A stretch of DNA of 64,000 nt from Lytechinus pictus. Taxonomy: Eukaryota. Positions 11,082-24,240 of the stretch are shown one piece after another. The first letter of the stretch is position 1; every line of letters begins with the position of its first letter. Below the pieces are notes generated by a model. That model had not been told where the DNA came from. It worked only from the letters and a program-made list of their open reading frames with translations, and searched no databases. The stretch is from contig NC_087246.1 of assembly GCF_037042905.1 (NCBI RefSeq), positions 64,728,001 to 64,792,000 on the forward strand, given 5' to 3'. The position numbers and the translations under genes are program-made.

Positions 11082-13903
11082 ATGAGGCGCCGAATGTACC
11101 AATATTATATAGAACAATTATTTGTTATATAATCATTATTTATTAAATAATAACTATTATTTATATATAATTTACATTTTATTTGTAAATAACTACTATT
11201 ATATAAAATATCATTTCTAATTATTTATATATAATTCCAAGTAATACTTCATTATTTGTAAATAATAATAGTTCGACATTCCATTATTTATAAATAATGA
11301 TTATTTGTTTTTCATTATTTATAAATAATGATTATTTGTTTTTCATTATTTATAAATAATGATTATTTGTTTTTCATTATTTACAAATAATGACTATTTG
11401 TTTTTCATTATTTATAAATAATTATTATTTGTTTTTCATTATTTACAAATAATGATTATTTGTTTTTCATTATTTATAAATAATGATTATTTGTTTTTCA
11501 TTATTTATAAATAATGATTATTTGTTTTTCATTATTTACAAATAATGATTATTTGTTTTCATTATTTATAAATAATGATTATTTGTTTTTCATTATTTAT
11601 AAATAATGATTATTTGTTTTTCATTATTTATAAATAATGATTATTTGTTTTTCATTATTTATAAATAATTTGTTGAGTTTTCCATTATTTATAAATAATG
11701 ATTATTTGTTAAATAATGAAAACGTCTACTTCATTATTTATAAATAATTTTTTCGAGTGCACCTTTATTCTCATTATTCATAAATAATCATTATTTAATG
11801 TTCGAGTTTTCCATTATTTATAAATAAAGATTATTTGTTAAATAATGAAATATCTACTTCATTATTTATAAATAATAATTTTGTTTCAATATCCCATTAT
11901 TTATAAATAATCATTATTTATAAACAATTTTTACAGTTTGCCATTATATACAAATAATCATTATTTATATACAAATAACCATTATTTATTACATAATGCC
12001 ATTATTTATTAAATAATGGAAAACTCGCTATAACATGCAAATGTGGGACCGCCCATGATATGAATATTCATGATGCGATTTCCTTTTTCGTGATTTTTCT
12101 TCACAAATTTTTGTCCATTTCCTCTTCATAATGACATTTCTTGAAGCAATTTTCTAGGGATATGGTCTGATTGTAATATTCTTCATTTTCTATATAACTT
12201 CGTCTTCGTAGAAATATCAAAAAGTGTAATTTTATACGATTTTTCCTACAGTTCACAATCCCCATAGGCGCGCGTGTACGGTAGGGACAACCGGTGATCG
12301 ACGGAGTGCTCTTCATCGAAATACTACGTTGGTTGGTCCCCGGAAGTGGCGGGCGGAATTTAGCCCGAATCCTCGATGGAAGTCGATCAAGTGCATATGA
12401 GCTGAGAGAGTGAAATATCAGTGTACTTGTACAGGCCCTTCTACTTTATTTCTTGTTGCTTTTTTTGTTAAGTTAATTTTTCCTGGTGTAGAGATAAGTT
12501 TCAGTTCTAATAATGCACTTCAAATACATTTTGGAGTGTCTGTTTGAGGCGTTTGGGGCGATTTCACCCTGGCCCCAAAATGCTCGCAACGACAATACGG
12601 GGGCATGATGACCCCTAAATTTTTAAAAACTTATTTTTCTATTGAAAATTATCACAAAATTCACCAAAAGTGTGCATGAAAGCCTTCGTATTTCACTTTT
12701 AAAACTCCAAAAAGTGCCCAAATGACAAGCTTGGTCGCTTCGCTGTGTCGCTTTCAACTTGAGAACGTTTACGCGTCTGCTTCCCCCCCCCTCCTCCGAA
12801 AGAAATTCTGTATACGGCCATGCTCTAAAGAGCCTGGCACATTGATTTATGTATACTTTCATTTTCATTATTTTTATCTGTGAAGAAAAATCACGAAAAA
12901 GGAAATCGCATCATGAATATTCATATCATGGGCGGTCCCACATTTGCATGTTATAGCGAGTTTTCCATTATTTAATAAATAATGGCATTATGTAATAAAT
13001 AATGGTTATTTGTATATAAATAATGATTATTTGTATATAATGGCAAACTGTAAAAATTGTTTATAAATAATGATTATTTATAAATAATGGGATATTGAAA
13101 CAAAATTATTATTTATAAATAATGAAGTAGATATTTCATTATTTAACAAATAATCTTTATTTATAAATAATGGAAAACTCGAACATTAAATAATGATTAT
13201 TTATAAATAATGAGAATAAAGGTGCACTCGAAAAAATTATTTATAAATAATGAAGTAGACGTTTTCATTATTTAACAAATAATCATTATTTATAAATAAT
13301 GGAAAACTCAACAAATTATTTATAAATAATGAAAAACAAATAATCATTATTTATAAATAATGAAAAACAAATAATCATTATTTATAAATAATGAAAAACA
13401 AATAATCATTATTTATAAATAATGAAAAACAAATAATCATTATTTGTAAATAATGAAAAACAAATAATCATTATTTATAAATAATGAAAAACAAATAATC
13501 ATTATTTATAAATAATGAAAAACAAATAATCATTATTTGTAAATAATGAAAAACAAATAATAATTATTTATAAATAATGAAAAACAAATCGTCATTATTT
13601 GTAAATAATGAAAAACAAATAATAATTATTTATAAATAATGAAAAACAAATAATCATTATTTATAAATAATGAAAAACAAATAATCATTATTTATAAATA
13701 ATGGAATGTCGAACTATTATTATTTACAAATAATGAAGTATTACTTGGAATTATATATAAATAATTAGAAATGATATTTTATATAATAGTAGTTATTTAC
13801 AAATAAAATGTAAATTATATATAAATAATAGTTATTATTTAATAAATAATGATTATATAACAAATAATTGTTCTATATAATATTGGTACATTCGGCGCCT
13901 CAT
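11082..13903. mobile_element. Foldback (TU-element-like) transposon with ~1025-bp terminal inverted repeats containing 31-bp tandem repeats
   Basis: Left arm 11082-12105 is the near-perfect reverse complement of right arm 12879-13903 (termini ATGAGGCGCCGAATGTACC / GGTACATTCGGCGCCTCAT). Perfect 8-bp TSD ACACAACT at 11074-11081 and 13904-13911. Tandem unit ATAAATAATGATTATTTGTTTTTCATTATTT. The ~770-bp spacer has no transposase ORF. Confidence 0.95.
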
Positions 13904-14259
13904 ACACAACTGGCTGTAAAAGGAAACACAGGACTAATGGCCCCGTAATGGCCTTTATCAGATGTTATGGGGAAATTTCGCGTGCTGTGATTTCTAATAC
14001 TTTGTATGAATGTTGAAAGGGGTAAGTCCCGCTCAGTTTAAAATTGGTTTATCATCATCACGGGTTATCGGAGTGGGGTACTTCAGTGGAACCTATTGAA
14101 AATTATTCAAAAAATTATTGAAATAGGGCTATTAATAGCTCTTTTGAAAACTTTTCAATGTGGGCTGTATACCCACGATGCAAACGGGGTAGGCTTGACT
14201 TTCTCGCGGCATCAATAAGTGGCTTTAAAGGGAATGTGTTGGATATGGTCCCCCATTTC

Positions 14260-14866
14260 TTAAAGGACAAGTCCACCCCAACAAAACGTTGATTTGAATA
14301 AAAAGAGAAAAATCAAACAAGCATGATGCTGAAAATTTCATCAAAATCGGATGTAAAATATAAGAAAGTTATGACATTTTAAAGTTTCGCTTAATTTCAC
14401 AAAACAGTTATGCACATCCCGGTCGGTATGCAAACGAGGGAACTGATGACATCACTCACTCACTATTTCTTTTGTATTTTATAATATGAAATATGAAATA
14501 TTCCATTTTCTCCCCATTGTCCTGTGAAACAAAGTTTTATTTCTCCCTGAACATGTGGAATTACCATTTTTAACATTTCATGGGTCAGTCAAGTTTGTCC
14601 TATTGTCAAATCTGTAGAAATTGAAATATTGTATTATTCAAACAATAAAAAACAAAAGAAATAGTGAGTGATGGACATCATCGACTGTCTCATTTGTATG
14701 TGACTAATTGTGCATATAACTATTTTAATGAAAAATAAGCGAAACTTTAAAATTTCATAACTTTTTTATTTTACATCCGATTTTGATGAAATTTTCAGCA
14801 TAATGCTTGTCTGATTTTCTCTATTTATTAAAATCAACATTTTTCTGAGGTGGACTTGACCTTTAA
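14260..14866. mobile_element. TTAA-flanked MITE (Kolobok-type AGG termini), family A
   Basis: TTAA|AGGACAAGTCCACC...GTGGACTTGACCT|TTAA with long imperfect TIRs. Homologous copies lie at 30367 and 39606. Confidence 0.85.
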
Positions 14867-15653
14867 AACTCCTTGGTTTGCCATCATCTACCCTGAACTG
14901 CGTTGTGTCGGTGCATCACGGCATATGTTGCCATGCGGGCAATTAAGTCTATTCATCATGTTTCTACCTCTTGGACAACTGAGAAAGTAAAATATTCCAG
15001 CTACGTAATATCAATAGATCCAATCTAGTCATTCAATTCTTTTTAGGTGACTTTAATTATGTTCTCAATGCAACCAGGGAACTTTTAGTAATACATTCAT
15101 CGAACAACAGTCATTCAACTTTGTTCAAATAGTGCCGAAAGAACAGTTAAATAAGACTATTAGAATTCACTTTAAGAAATGTACTTTAACAATGATGCTC
15201 GATTACCGATGGATAATTGGCATCTAATGATCACTCAGTGTCATAAAAAATGTGTCTTATACTCTGGTCTTACCCCCAAACATCGTTAAAAATGTGGAAA
15301 CAATTGTTTGCGAATTGACAATAGTTTTCCGGCCTTCAACCAATCAATGCATGCACATCACGATACAATTGTCTTTCATTTTGTCCATCGCCATTTGCCG
15401 GGGCAAATTGTGTGCATGCAGCAGCTCCGAGCTTCCGATTGCAATAAAATTACCCCTTACCGCATGTTTTGATCTGGAAATTGGGAATTTGCTTATTTTT
15501 CTTTCCATTTGTGTACAGCATGGGTACAGCAATGCAGCAGTGGTAATAAATAACACTGCATCGTCCTCGATCACTTGTGTGTTTTAGTCCCTATATATAC
15601 GATTGGTTTTGTGGTCTTTGCTCAAACACTTCTAGAAATCAGAAGGCCGGAAC

Positions 15654-18600
15654 ATGGACTCCTACTCGCTGTCAAGCAGCTCTTCAAGTCTCATGAGTGA
15701 AATCACCGAGCTATTCCCAGAACTGAAGACAACTTGTGATTCCATAGAAGTTCTCAACCCTCATCAGACTGGTGGCGATGACAGTGTTATTCAGGTATGT
15801 GAGGGAGCGAAAAAATTACTCTTCAAATCTAAAAGTCCAATTTTGGCATTCTGGTATTTTCCCCTTTTCTTTTCATGTTTTTTTTTTTTTTTTTTTGGGG
15901 GGGGGGCATGGACCTAAAGCGCTCCATATGTACCAAATACTTCTCTGAGTACGATACTGTTGTAAATTCCCGCAATTCAAAAAATAAACTCTTTGTCCTC
16001 CATCATAATATAAGAAGCATTAATAAAAAGATCGACCAATTTCAGACATTCATTGAGCAACTTTGTTATGGATATTACGTTATCGGATTTTCTGAAACGT
16101 GGTTGAATGACCAGCAGCGATCCTTCGTAACCATTGACGGCTTTACTTTTTATACAAACAATCGGGAACACAAAAGAGGAGGCGGGGTTGGGTTTTATGT
16201 ATCAAATAACTTGAAAGTCAATGAACTTACCGAGCTTTATGTCATGTCTGAGGTTATTGAATGCATATTATTTTATCCAAATAGAATTACCTGATAAAAA
16301 ACAAATAGTTGTTGGAGAAATATACAGACCCCCTAAAGGTAATGTCCATGATTTTTTACACCGTGCTCAAAGTCTTTTGTCAATGCATGTTTTGAATAAT
16401 AAAAAAAATTTTATAATGGGGGATTTTAATTTGAACTTGTTAGATCGTAATACCCCCTGTAATCAAGAATTTATAGAAATGATGTTATCCAACTTTTTCA
16501 TTCCATTAGTAACAAAACCCACACGGATTACAGATACGTCGTCACCCTTAATTGATAATATTTTTGTTAACGATTTTTCTCATATATCATCTGGCATCTT
16601 GGTATCGGATATATCCGACCATTTACCAATATTTGTTGAAATTGTATTTGATAGAGTCTCTAAAGATAACAATATTAAACATACATTTCGTGACTTATCG
16701 GATGACAATATTATTAGACTTCGAGAGAGACTGGCATTGGTTGACTGGAGTGAAATATACAATATTCACGACGTTAATGTTTGTTTTGACAAGTTTATGG
16801 ACATATTTATGTCGATTTATCAAGACACTATACCTCTAAGAAAATTTTCCCGATCTAATTATAAAAAAATACCCAGACTTCCGTGGGTTTCTAAATCGCT
16901 CCTGAAGTCAATAAATCGTAAAAACAATTTATATTGTAAATACAAAAAGAATCCTGAAAATAGTCATTTAAAACGAAAATATGTTCGTTATCGGAACATT
17001 CTTACATCCCTGTTACGTTTAGCTAAAAAACAGTATTTTGCTAATCAATTTAATAAGTATAAAAATGATGCATCGAGACCGAGTATACACGGAAGGTGAT
17101 AAACAATGTTTTACAAACAAAGAAATCGAAGGAGTTCACTAAAGAAATTATAAATAATAATGTAACGGTTGTTAATCCTGCAGATATGGCTGACGTGTTT
17201 AACAACTATTTTGTCGATATTGGTGCGACTCTTTGCCATAATATTCCTGAACCTGACAAAAGATTCCAATACTTTCTAAAAAATCCCAATCCTAAAACCA
17301 TTTTCCTTACTCCGATCACTGAATTTGAAATTAAAAATATTGTAAATAATTTAAAACCTAACAAAAGTCCTGGATGTGACGAACTTACGAATAGTGTCAT
17401 AAAACGTGTCATTAATGAAATTTTAACTCCCTTGACTTTTATATTCAACCAATCTTTGGTAACTGGTCTGGTTCCTCAAAATATGAAAGTAGCCAAGGTT
17501 GTGCCAGTGTTTAAAAAAGGCGATAGACGGATTGTCAGCAACTATCGTCCAATTTCACTCCTTACTTCCCTGTCTAAAATTCTTGAAAGATTAATCTATT
17601 CTCGTTTGATAAATTTCTTATCTGATAATCATATTTTATGCGACTCTCAATTCGGTTTTAGAAAAAAAACATTCCACTGTACACGCCTTACTTTCTTTTA
17701 TTCACAAAGTGGCAAATGCTATTGATAATTCTCTGCACACAGTTGGTGTATTCCTGGACCTTTCCAAGGCCTTTGACACGATTAATCATGAAATTTTGCT
17801 TTACAAGTTATCACATTATGGTGTGCGTGGAAAGGCCTTGGAATGGTTCACGAGTTACCTAACTAACAGAAAACAATTTGTTTCAATAGAAGACCATAAA
17901 TCTCAAATGAAAACTATTTCTTGCGGTGTACCGCAATGATCACTCCTAGGCCCACTGCTTTTTTTGTTGTATATTAATGATTTTAACAATATTATTCATC
18001 GAATGACCTATCATTTATTCTTTTCGCGGATGACTCTAACCTTTTTTTGTCACACCGTTACCCTAATTTACTACTTACCATTTTGAATAGGGAATTGCGG
18101 TCTGTTCAGACATGGATTCAAGCAAATAAGTTGTCACTCAATGTAAACAAAACAAATTTTATGCTTTTCAGTAATTCTTTGAATTCTTTGCCGGACCATG
18201 TAATTATAAACAGATGTTAATTTGCAACAAGTTAATTCCACCAAATTTCTCGGTCTTTACATTGATCATGAATTATCATGGAAATGTCAAATTGATTATA
18301 TATGTAAGTTATCTTCTCGTAACACTGGCATTTTGAATAAACTAAAATATTTTTTTCCTGATCACATATTAAAAACATTATATTCTACACTTGTTTTATC
18401 CCATATGAATTATGGAATATTGGCCTGGGGTAATTGCAATACAACCTTAATTGATAAAATATTCACGATACAAAAACGAGCAATTAGGGTGGTTAATCAA
18501 GTTGGTTTTTATTCCCATACAAACCCATTATTTTTCCAAAATAAAGTACTCAAAATTTCTGATATATATGCATTTCAAGTTGGTATATTTATGTTTCTGT

Positions 18601-20672
18601 ACCATATCATCGGGAAGATCGTTCCAAAACCTGGGCCCTTCGAAAGCAATTGTTCTTTGAGCAAGGAGAGTGCGAGTACGCGGAAGGTGATAGGAGTCAC
18701 TTAGCCGGGTGGGATATGTGTGGATTCGATTGTTCTTTTGAAACATAGAAACAAATGTATCAGGCAATTCACCTCTTGAAAGCTGAAACATAAATATACC
18801 AACTTGAAATGCATATATATCATTACTCGACCAGAGCGTATTAAAAAATTACATGAATATAAAAGTTTACAAAGGAAATTATAAGAATTGATAATAGTCA
18901 TAGAGTGGCGGACTCTTTTTTATTTATTTATTTATTTTTTATTTTTTGTATTCCTTACACAATCGTCACATTTTGGCATTACTTTGTTATAATCAATTTA
19001 CTTACCTGTCCTCTCCTCATTAAGACCGATTTTTTTCTGGATCCTGCAGACTTAACAAGCCTTGCTTTTTTATGCAGGTTCCCTCATATTTCACTCTTTT
19101 AAATTGTCTTCAATTCCAAATCACTATTTTCTTTAATTTGAATTAATTGTTATGCCTTGTCTGATTTGTATTCTCATAAGTTTTCTGATATTGTTTCATA
19201 ATTTTGTTTGTACTTGTGAAATATGTCAAATAAAGTCAAATCAAATCAAATCAAATCTGTACGCCAGTTGCGCTATTGTGTGCCATTTTTTTTTTAAATA
19301 TGGGACTGGTTCATGTTCTTTGTTTGGTTTGCTTGTTATTTACTTTTTGTGTTTGTTATCGGGGTTTTGGGGATTGTGGTGAGGGGGGTATCGGCTATTT
19401 TTTCCGGGATGATGCATTTTACCATGGTTTTGGTGGCAATGGCGGCCTTTAAGGGATATAGCACATTCATTTTGCGAAGTTAGTATAATACCTTGCAATC
19501 GTTTGACTGAGTAAATTTTCACTTATCACTGTATGATCATAAGGGCCTCATGTGCATAAAATTTGAACGACTTTGTGTTAACTGATATACTTTATTGTCA
19601 AGGATAGCGATTAGAAATATTGTTTGGAAATACTTGAATGACCAACTTCCTCTCGCCGAACAAACTTGCAAGTACATGTCTATATACACACAAAAAATCC
19701 AGTCATGTCTTGAATCGGATGTGCCCAAAATTTTGATCTTGTAAATTTATGAAACTTTTAACAATGTTGATAGCATTCCTTACACCATAGACAGGGGCCG
19801 CGGAACGGTTTCCAAAGTGGGGGGCTGATCATACGAAAAATCACGATCATGATCATTTTTACGTTTTTTACAAGGTTTTGGAAAAAAGTGCATGGGGTGG
19901 CTGAAGCCCCCCCCCCCCCCGCTTCCGCGGCCCTTGATAGAGTCTATACACCAAAAGAGAATTGGAACTTAATCATGTTGATGGAAATGTATAAATGGAG
20001 AGAAATATTGTGAAAGGTGTACCTATATTTTATTGAGAAATTTAATTTATTATCACAGTTTTATAATCTCTCTTTTTTGGGGTAATAATAATATTGTTCA
20101 ATTGAACCGAATCGTTCGTTTCCCCCTTTTAAGCACTATTTGCTACCAAATTATATTAGAGAATATGCAGTATAATAAGGAGGATGCGATATAGACTTGT
20201 CATAAAAACATCCGGTGAAAATCACTTCAACAGAAAAATGAAGAGAAAGTGCATGGGATCGTTAATGAAGAAAGTGGTCATGATTGAGAGAGGGGGGGGG
20301 GGGGGTGGTGAGAAGCAGAGAGACAGAGACGTACATGTAGAAGTAGTCCCCATTATCAGTGCGACAGGGAAGGTGGAGGGGCTATCAAAGAAGGTCAAAT
20401 CGTGATTTTGCCGGTTCTGAAATGATAAACTTCCTTGGAAACAATATTTTGAAGACCGAGTAGCTATTGTTTTCCCCAGTCATCAGTCATGAATAGATGA
20501 TTATGCTGAAAATACATTTATTTGGTTGACCTGATCGAGGATGAAGTTTAGACTTGGTTGGAAAACATCCTGCCACATCAATTAAAAGTGTTTTGTTTTT
20601 CCTCGCTTAAATTCAAATGGTGAATCTATATTGTTACCTTTATATATTGTTTTCTTTCTTTCCTTCCTTCCT

Positions 20673-20703
<31 letters not shown>

Positions 20704-23700
20704 ATATTTCTTCTTTCATTTCTTTCGACAACTGATCTTATTGTTTTTCTTTTATACAGGATGGATGTGAGACCGATGATGTATTCGAGAAAAAGTCATC
20801 GTAAGTATTCACTCCCATTATCGGGGGGGGGTGGTCATAGGAAGGTTTTAGAGTAGCCCTATATAAAAGCTATCAAATTTGCTGCATTATGAAGAACAAT
20901 ATATGAGTTACTGTACATTATTATGTTGTTTTGGTATTAGAGGGGGAGGGTTTTGGTTTAATGAACTAAGTATTTCTGAGAGGGCTGCCAGAACTATCGT
21001 TCTGCGCTACAAGTTATTTGATGACAGTGTCATGGAAAATGCCCTGTAAAACCACATCCTAAATTATTTTAGAAAAGTAGATAAGTACTATGTAAAATAA
21101 AAATGTAACGGAAGAACAGGTACAACAAAGGAAGGAACAACAGTTCTAATTTGAATGAAATCAAAGTCACAAAATAAAAACAAGTGATGACTCAGAGATT
21201 TAGACTGTCTGTTGCAAAGCCGTTAAAGGGAACTACTTCAGATTTTGTTATTATTCTTTTTTTTTCTGATACCAGATCTTATTCGAACAGACTGCAGGTG
21301 CTCAATGAAGCGGTCATCAAGAAGATGTCATCAAAAGTCAAATGCCAAAGGCTAACAATGAAAGATGTCGGAACATTTGACAAATGCAAACGAGTTAAGG
21401 TAGGTTTCAGTAGCTATCACCTTTACAACCGAAGAAAAAAAGAGCCCCCGCCCCCAAAGGAATGTAAAAAAAAACAAAGGTGGAAACACCAATGGAACAC
21501 CAAAAGCCTCCGATATAAGAGTTGTGTAGGCGTTTTTCTAGTAAGTCGGGGGGGGGGTAACGACGACCTATTTTTTTCTCATTGAATTACAAGGTTATTG
21601 TAGAGTTACACGATCATACCCCTCTTCATGATTGCCTTTCTTATCCATTTTCTTCCCCCTTTATTCCTCTTTTTGATCGTTAACTTGAAAATTCATATTG
21701 GGGGTGCATGGTCTCTCCCCTTACCCTTGTAGCGCGGCCCCTGAACAATTGTACAATAAAAGCAAATGGAAAGTTGCGGTAAGTTTCAAGTTCCCTTTAT
21801 TTCTTTTCGACTCAACATATTACACAAATATGAAATAATAACCATACAAACCAATACAAAGGAATATTTCTATAGTAATAAGACCATTCAAAGGAAACAG
21901 ATAAATGTTTTTGGTAGGCTATTAACAATGAGGTATGTAGAACAATCTCGATTAAACATCTGCAAGGCTATTTTTATATATCTTTTTTTTAATTAAATAA
22001 AAGTTGAGGAAATGAAGGGATCCACTGAAAAGCATGTTAGGGCTTGTTAAAATTTGGATCCCTCAAAGAACTGGATAAAAGATAGATTAGACTAATATAG
22101 TTATACCTACTAAGTATAGGTATAACTATTACGAGAAGGAGGGGGATGAATAAAGTTGATATGGTGCGTAAGAAATTGAATATGGAGTTAATGGAAAGAG
22201 AATGAAAGTAAAAAAACCGAAAGGATAGGGTGGTGCTTAGGTGCATGTGGGTGAACATGCAAGGAGGAAAGAGGGAGAGAGAGAGAGACAAATAGATAGA
22301 TCATGGCTTTCTGACATTCCCATATCCCCCCTCTCTCCCCTTCTCTATCTCTCTCACACACACACTCTCTCCTTTAACTTCCAGAAGATCAACGATCTGC
22401 AAGAGATTGGTCGAGGAACCTATGGAAGAGTGCTCTTGGGGCGACACATCCAGACTAAGAGGGCTCTGGCAATCAAACAATCTTGCAGATCACAAAACCA
22501 CCATGCGTCCAACGAAATGGTCAATGAATCCACTGACACGATCAGTGCTAGGGTAGAGAAAGAGGCAATTGTTCACCAACTTCTATCCGACAGTCAGTAC
22601 TTTCCGAGCTTTTTAGGCACGCTCGATCTCGACAACGACCCCTGCTTGGCAATAGAATTTGTTGGAAATCAAAAGTCGGGGACCTCCTTCTCTCTCCTCG
22701 AGCCTCCGTCTTTGTCTGTTACAAACGGCCTCGACATCGCAGAGGACGTCGTGCGAGGAATGATGGAGCTTCACGACCAAGGGCTCCTGCACAACGACCT
22801 CAAGACCGATAATGTCCTTCTCGAGAAAAGAGGTCATAGTTACCACGCCGTCATCATTGACTTCGGTATGGTCAGTACGATCTCGTCGCCGTTACAGATG
22901 ACGGAGCTTCCTGAAGAATTGAAAGTAGCATACATTCACGGAGAGGAGGGTGATTACGTAGCCCCCGAGGTCGTTCTACATGGACAGTCAACATCGATTT
23001 CATCGGATGTATTCTCAGTTGGCAAAATCCTTGAAGACATCACAAAAGTTGTAGAAGGTAATTTGCAAGATTCCTCGTGTAATTTATCAGAGGAGTATAT
23101 AGAATATATAGGGGACAGGGGCGTATATCAAGGATTGGCTAAAGGAGGGGTGGGGACAGTGGTGTACATATTTTCTGCCAAGCAATTTGCCAAATAAAAA
23201 TAAAAATGGGGTAGGGCAGGAGGTTTTGTCCCCAAAATTATGAATTTTCAGGTCAATATATTAGTTGCTATCATCCCCATGCACTGCTCGGAGTCTCGGA
23301 CCGGTTTGGGGCCAATTTTCTTGAATAGTCGGGTTACGCCATTGTCCAACCAGCAGAAGCGATAACCGCTTTGATGGCATAACTGGAATGTATTTCCTTT
23401 GAAAGCAAAGATAAAAGACTTCTATAAAAAAAAAAATTGGTTTGAATAATGCCCGGATTAATGAAGATTTCCTTACTCAGTTACCTTTTTCCTGATTGTG
23501 TCCGTTTTACTTTAAATTCTTCTCCTCCACAACCATGCAGAAAGATGTCCACTTCTGAAAGATCTAACATCCTTAGCCATCAAATGCATGAAGAGGAATC
23601 CACAGTCAAGACCGGACCTTTCCTTTGTTCTCGAACATATCACTTCCTTTAAGAAACAAATGGATCGCCGCCAAATTCCACTCTGGAAAAGACTCGTTAA

Positions 23701-23713
23701 AAAACATCGATGA
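15654..23713 (+). CDS. Protein kinase, non-RD Ser/Thr-type (383 aa); join(15654..15794,20760..20800,21276..21399,22385..23057,23541..23713)
   Basis: All introns are GT-AG with consistent phases (0,2,0,1), giving a 1152-nt open frame. Motifs: GRGTYG, ALAIK, alphaC Glu (EKEA), HNDLKTDN, DFG, APE, SDVFSVG and CMKRNPQSRP. A TATA-like TATATA lies at ~15592. The kinase exons are secure; linkage of exons 1-3 is inferred from phase compatibility. Confidence 0.85.
15915..19257 (+). mobile_element. 5'-truncated, decayed CR1-clade LINE (APE endonuclease + reverse transcriptase) in kinase intron 1
   Basis: APE motifs HNIRS, SETW, IYRPP, GDFN, IDNIF and SDHLP. RT motifs NYRPISLL, QFGFR, FLDLSKAFD, GVPQ*SLLGP and FADD (~18025). 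Several frameshifts and stops. The 3' end is AATAAA followed by (TCAAA)n. Confidence 0.95.
19792..19936. mobile_element. Short MITE
   Basis: TIRs CAGGGGCCGCGGAA / TTCCGCGGCCCTTG. Confidence 0.7.
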
Positions 23714-23930
23714 AGAGTGAAGTTTCACAAAAGCAAAATCTTTCCGAGCAAAACATTTGGACCATCAATATTTAAAAAGATTTGCAGACATATAATTATG
23801 CTGGTCTTGCTGGATATACAGTATATGAAGTCGTACTAATTCATCTGTCTATAAACGGTTACACGATAATAATTGTCAAGCAGGGAATGGTAGCAGACTA
23901 ATGATGAGTTTGCAGAAGCAAATGGATTAC

Positions 23931-24240
23931 CTGGGGAGCGTTCATAAAATGACTTGTGAGACGTTTTAACATTAATTTTTATCCGTCAAGTCCCCAACAG
24001 TTACCATAGTAACAATGCTTCTCAGCCAATCAAAATCAACAAAAGAGGTCTGGCGAGCGTTTCAGACGTTTATCCGACAAGTAGTGATTTATCCGACAGT
24101 TACTATGGTAACATTGTCTCTTAGCCAATCATAATCAAGGAAAGTTGTCAGACCTGATAACTTGTCGGGTGAAAATGTTAATGAAGCGCTCATCGGATCT
24201 AAAACATTTTCGGACGAAAAATATTGATGAAATACCCCTG
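23931..24240. mobile_element. MITE with a second copy of the same family nested at ~24050-24191
   Basis: The shared core TATCCGACAAG...CAGTTACYATRGTAACA...AGCCAATCA.AATCAA appears twice. Further copies lie at 24843-25000 and 58605-58767. Confidence 0.7.

Larger units (their letters stand above)
8535..14990 (+). pseudogene. Very old non-LTR retrotransposon RT/C-terminal remnant, split by younger insertions
   Basis: Removing the insertions leaves collinear LINE-ORF2-like fragments: FLSGR (~8575), IVDDDSNYNT (~11003), MAFIRCYGEI..NTLY (~13948) and PRCKRGRLDFLAASISG (~14172). Heavily decayed. Confidence 0.4.

Noticed and set aside
15252-15587. Possible ORF1 of the downstream LINE
   Set aside because: No ORF1-like motifs. 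It is separated from the LINE by the kinase first exon, and the LINE appears 5'-truncated at ~15915.
22241-23197. Single-exon 318-aa kinase as given by the ORF track
   Set aside because: Both ends run through intron sequence (GA/CT repeats; donor at 23058). Subdomain XI is encoded in the downstream exon 23541-23713.
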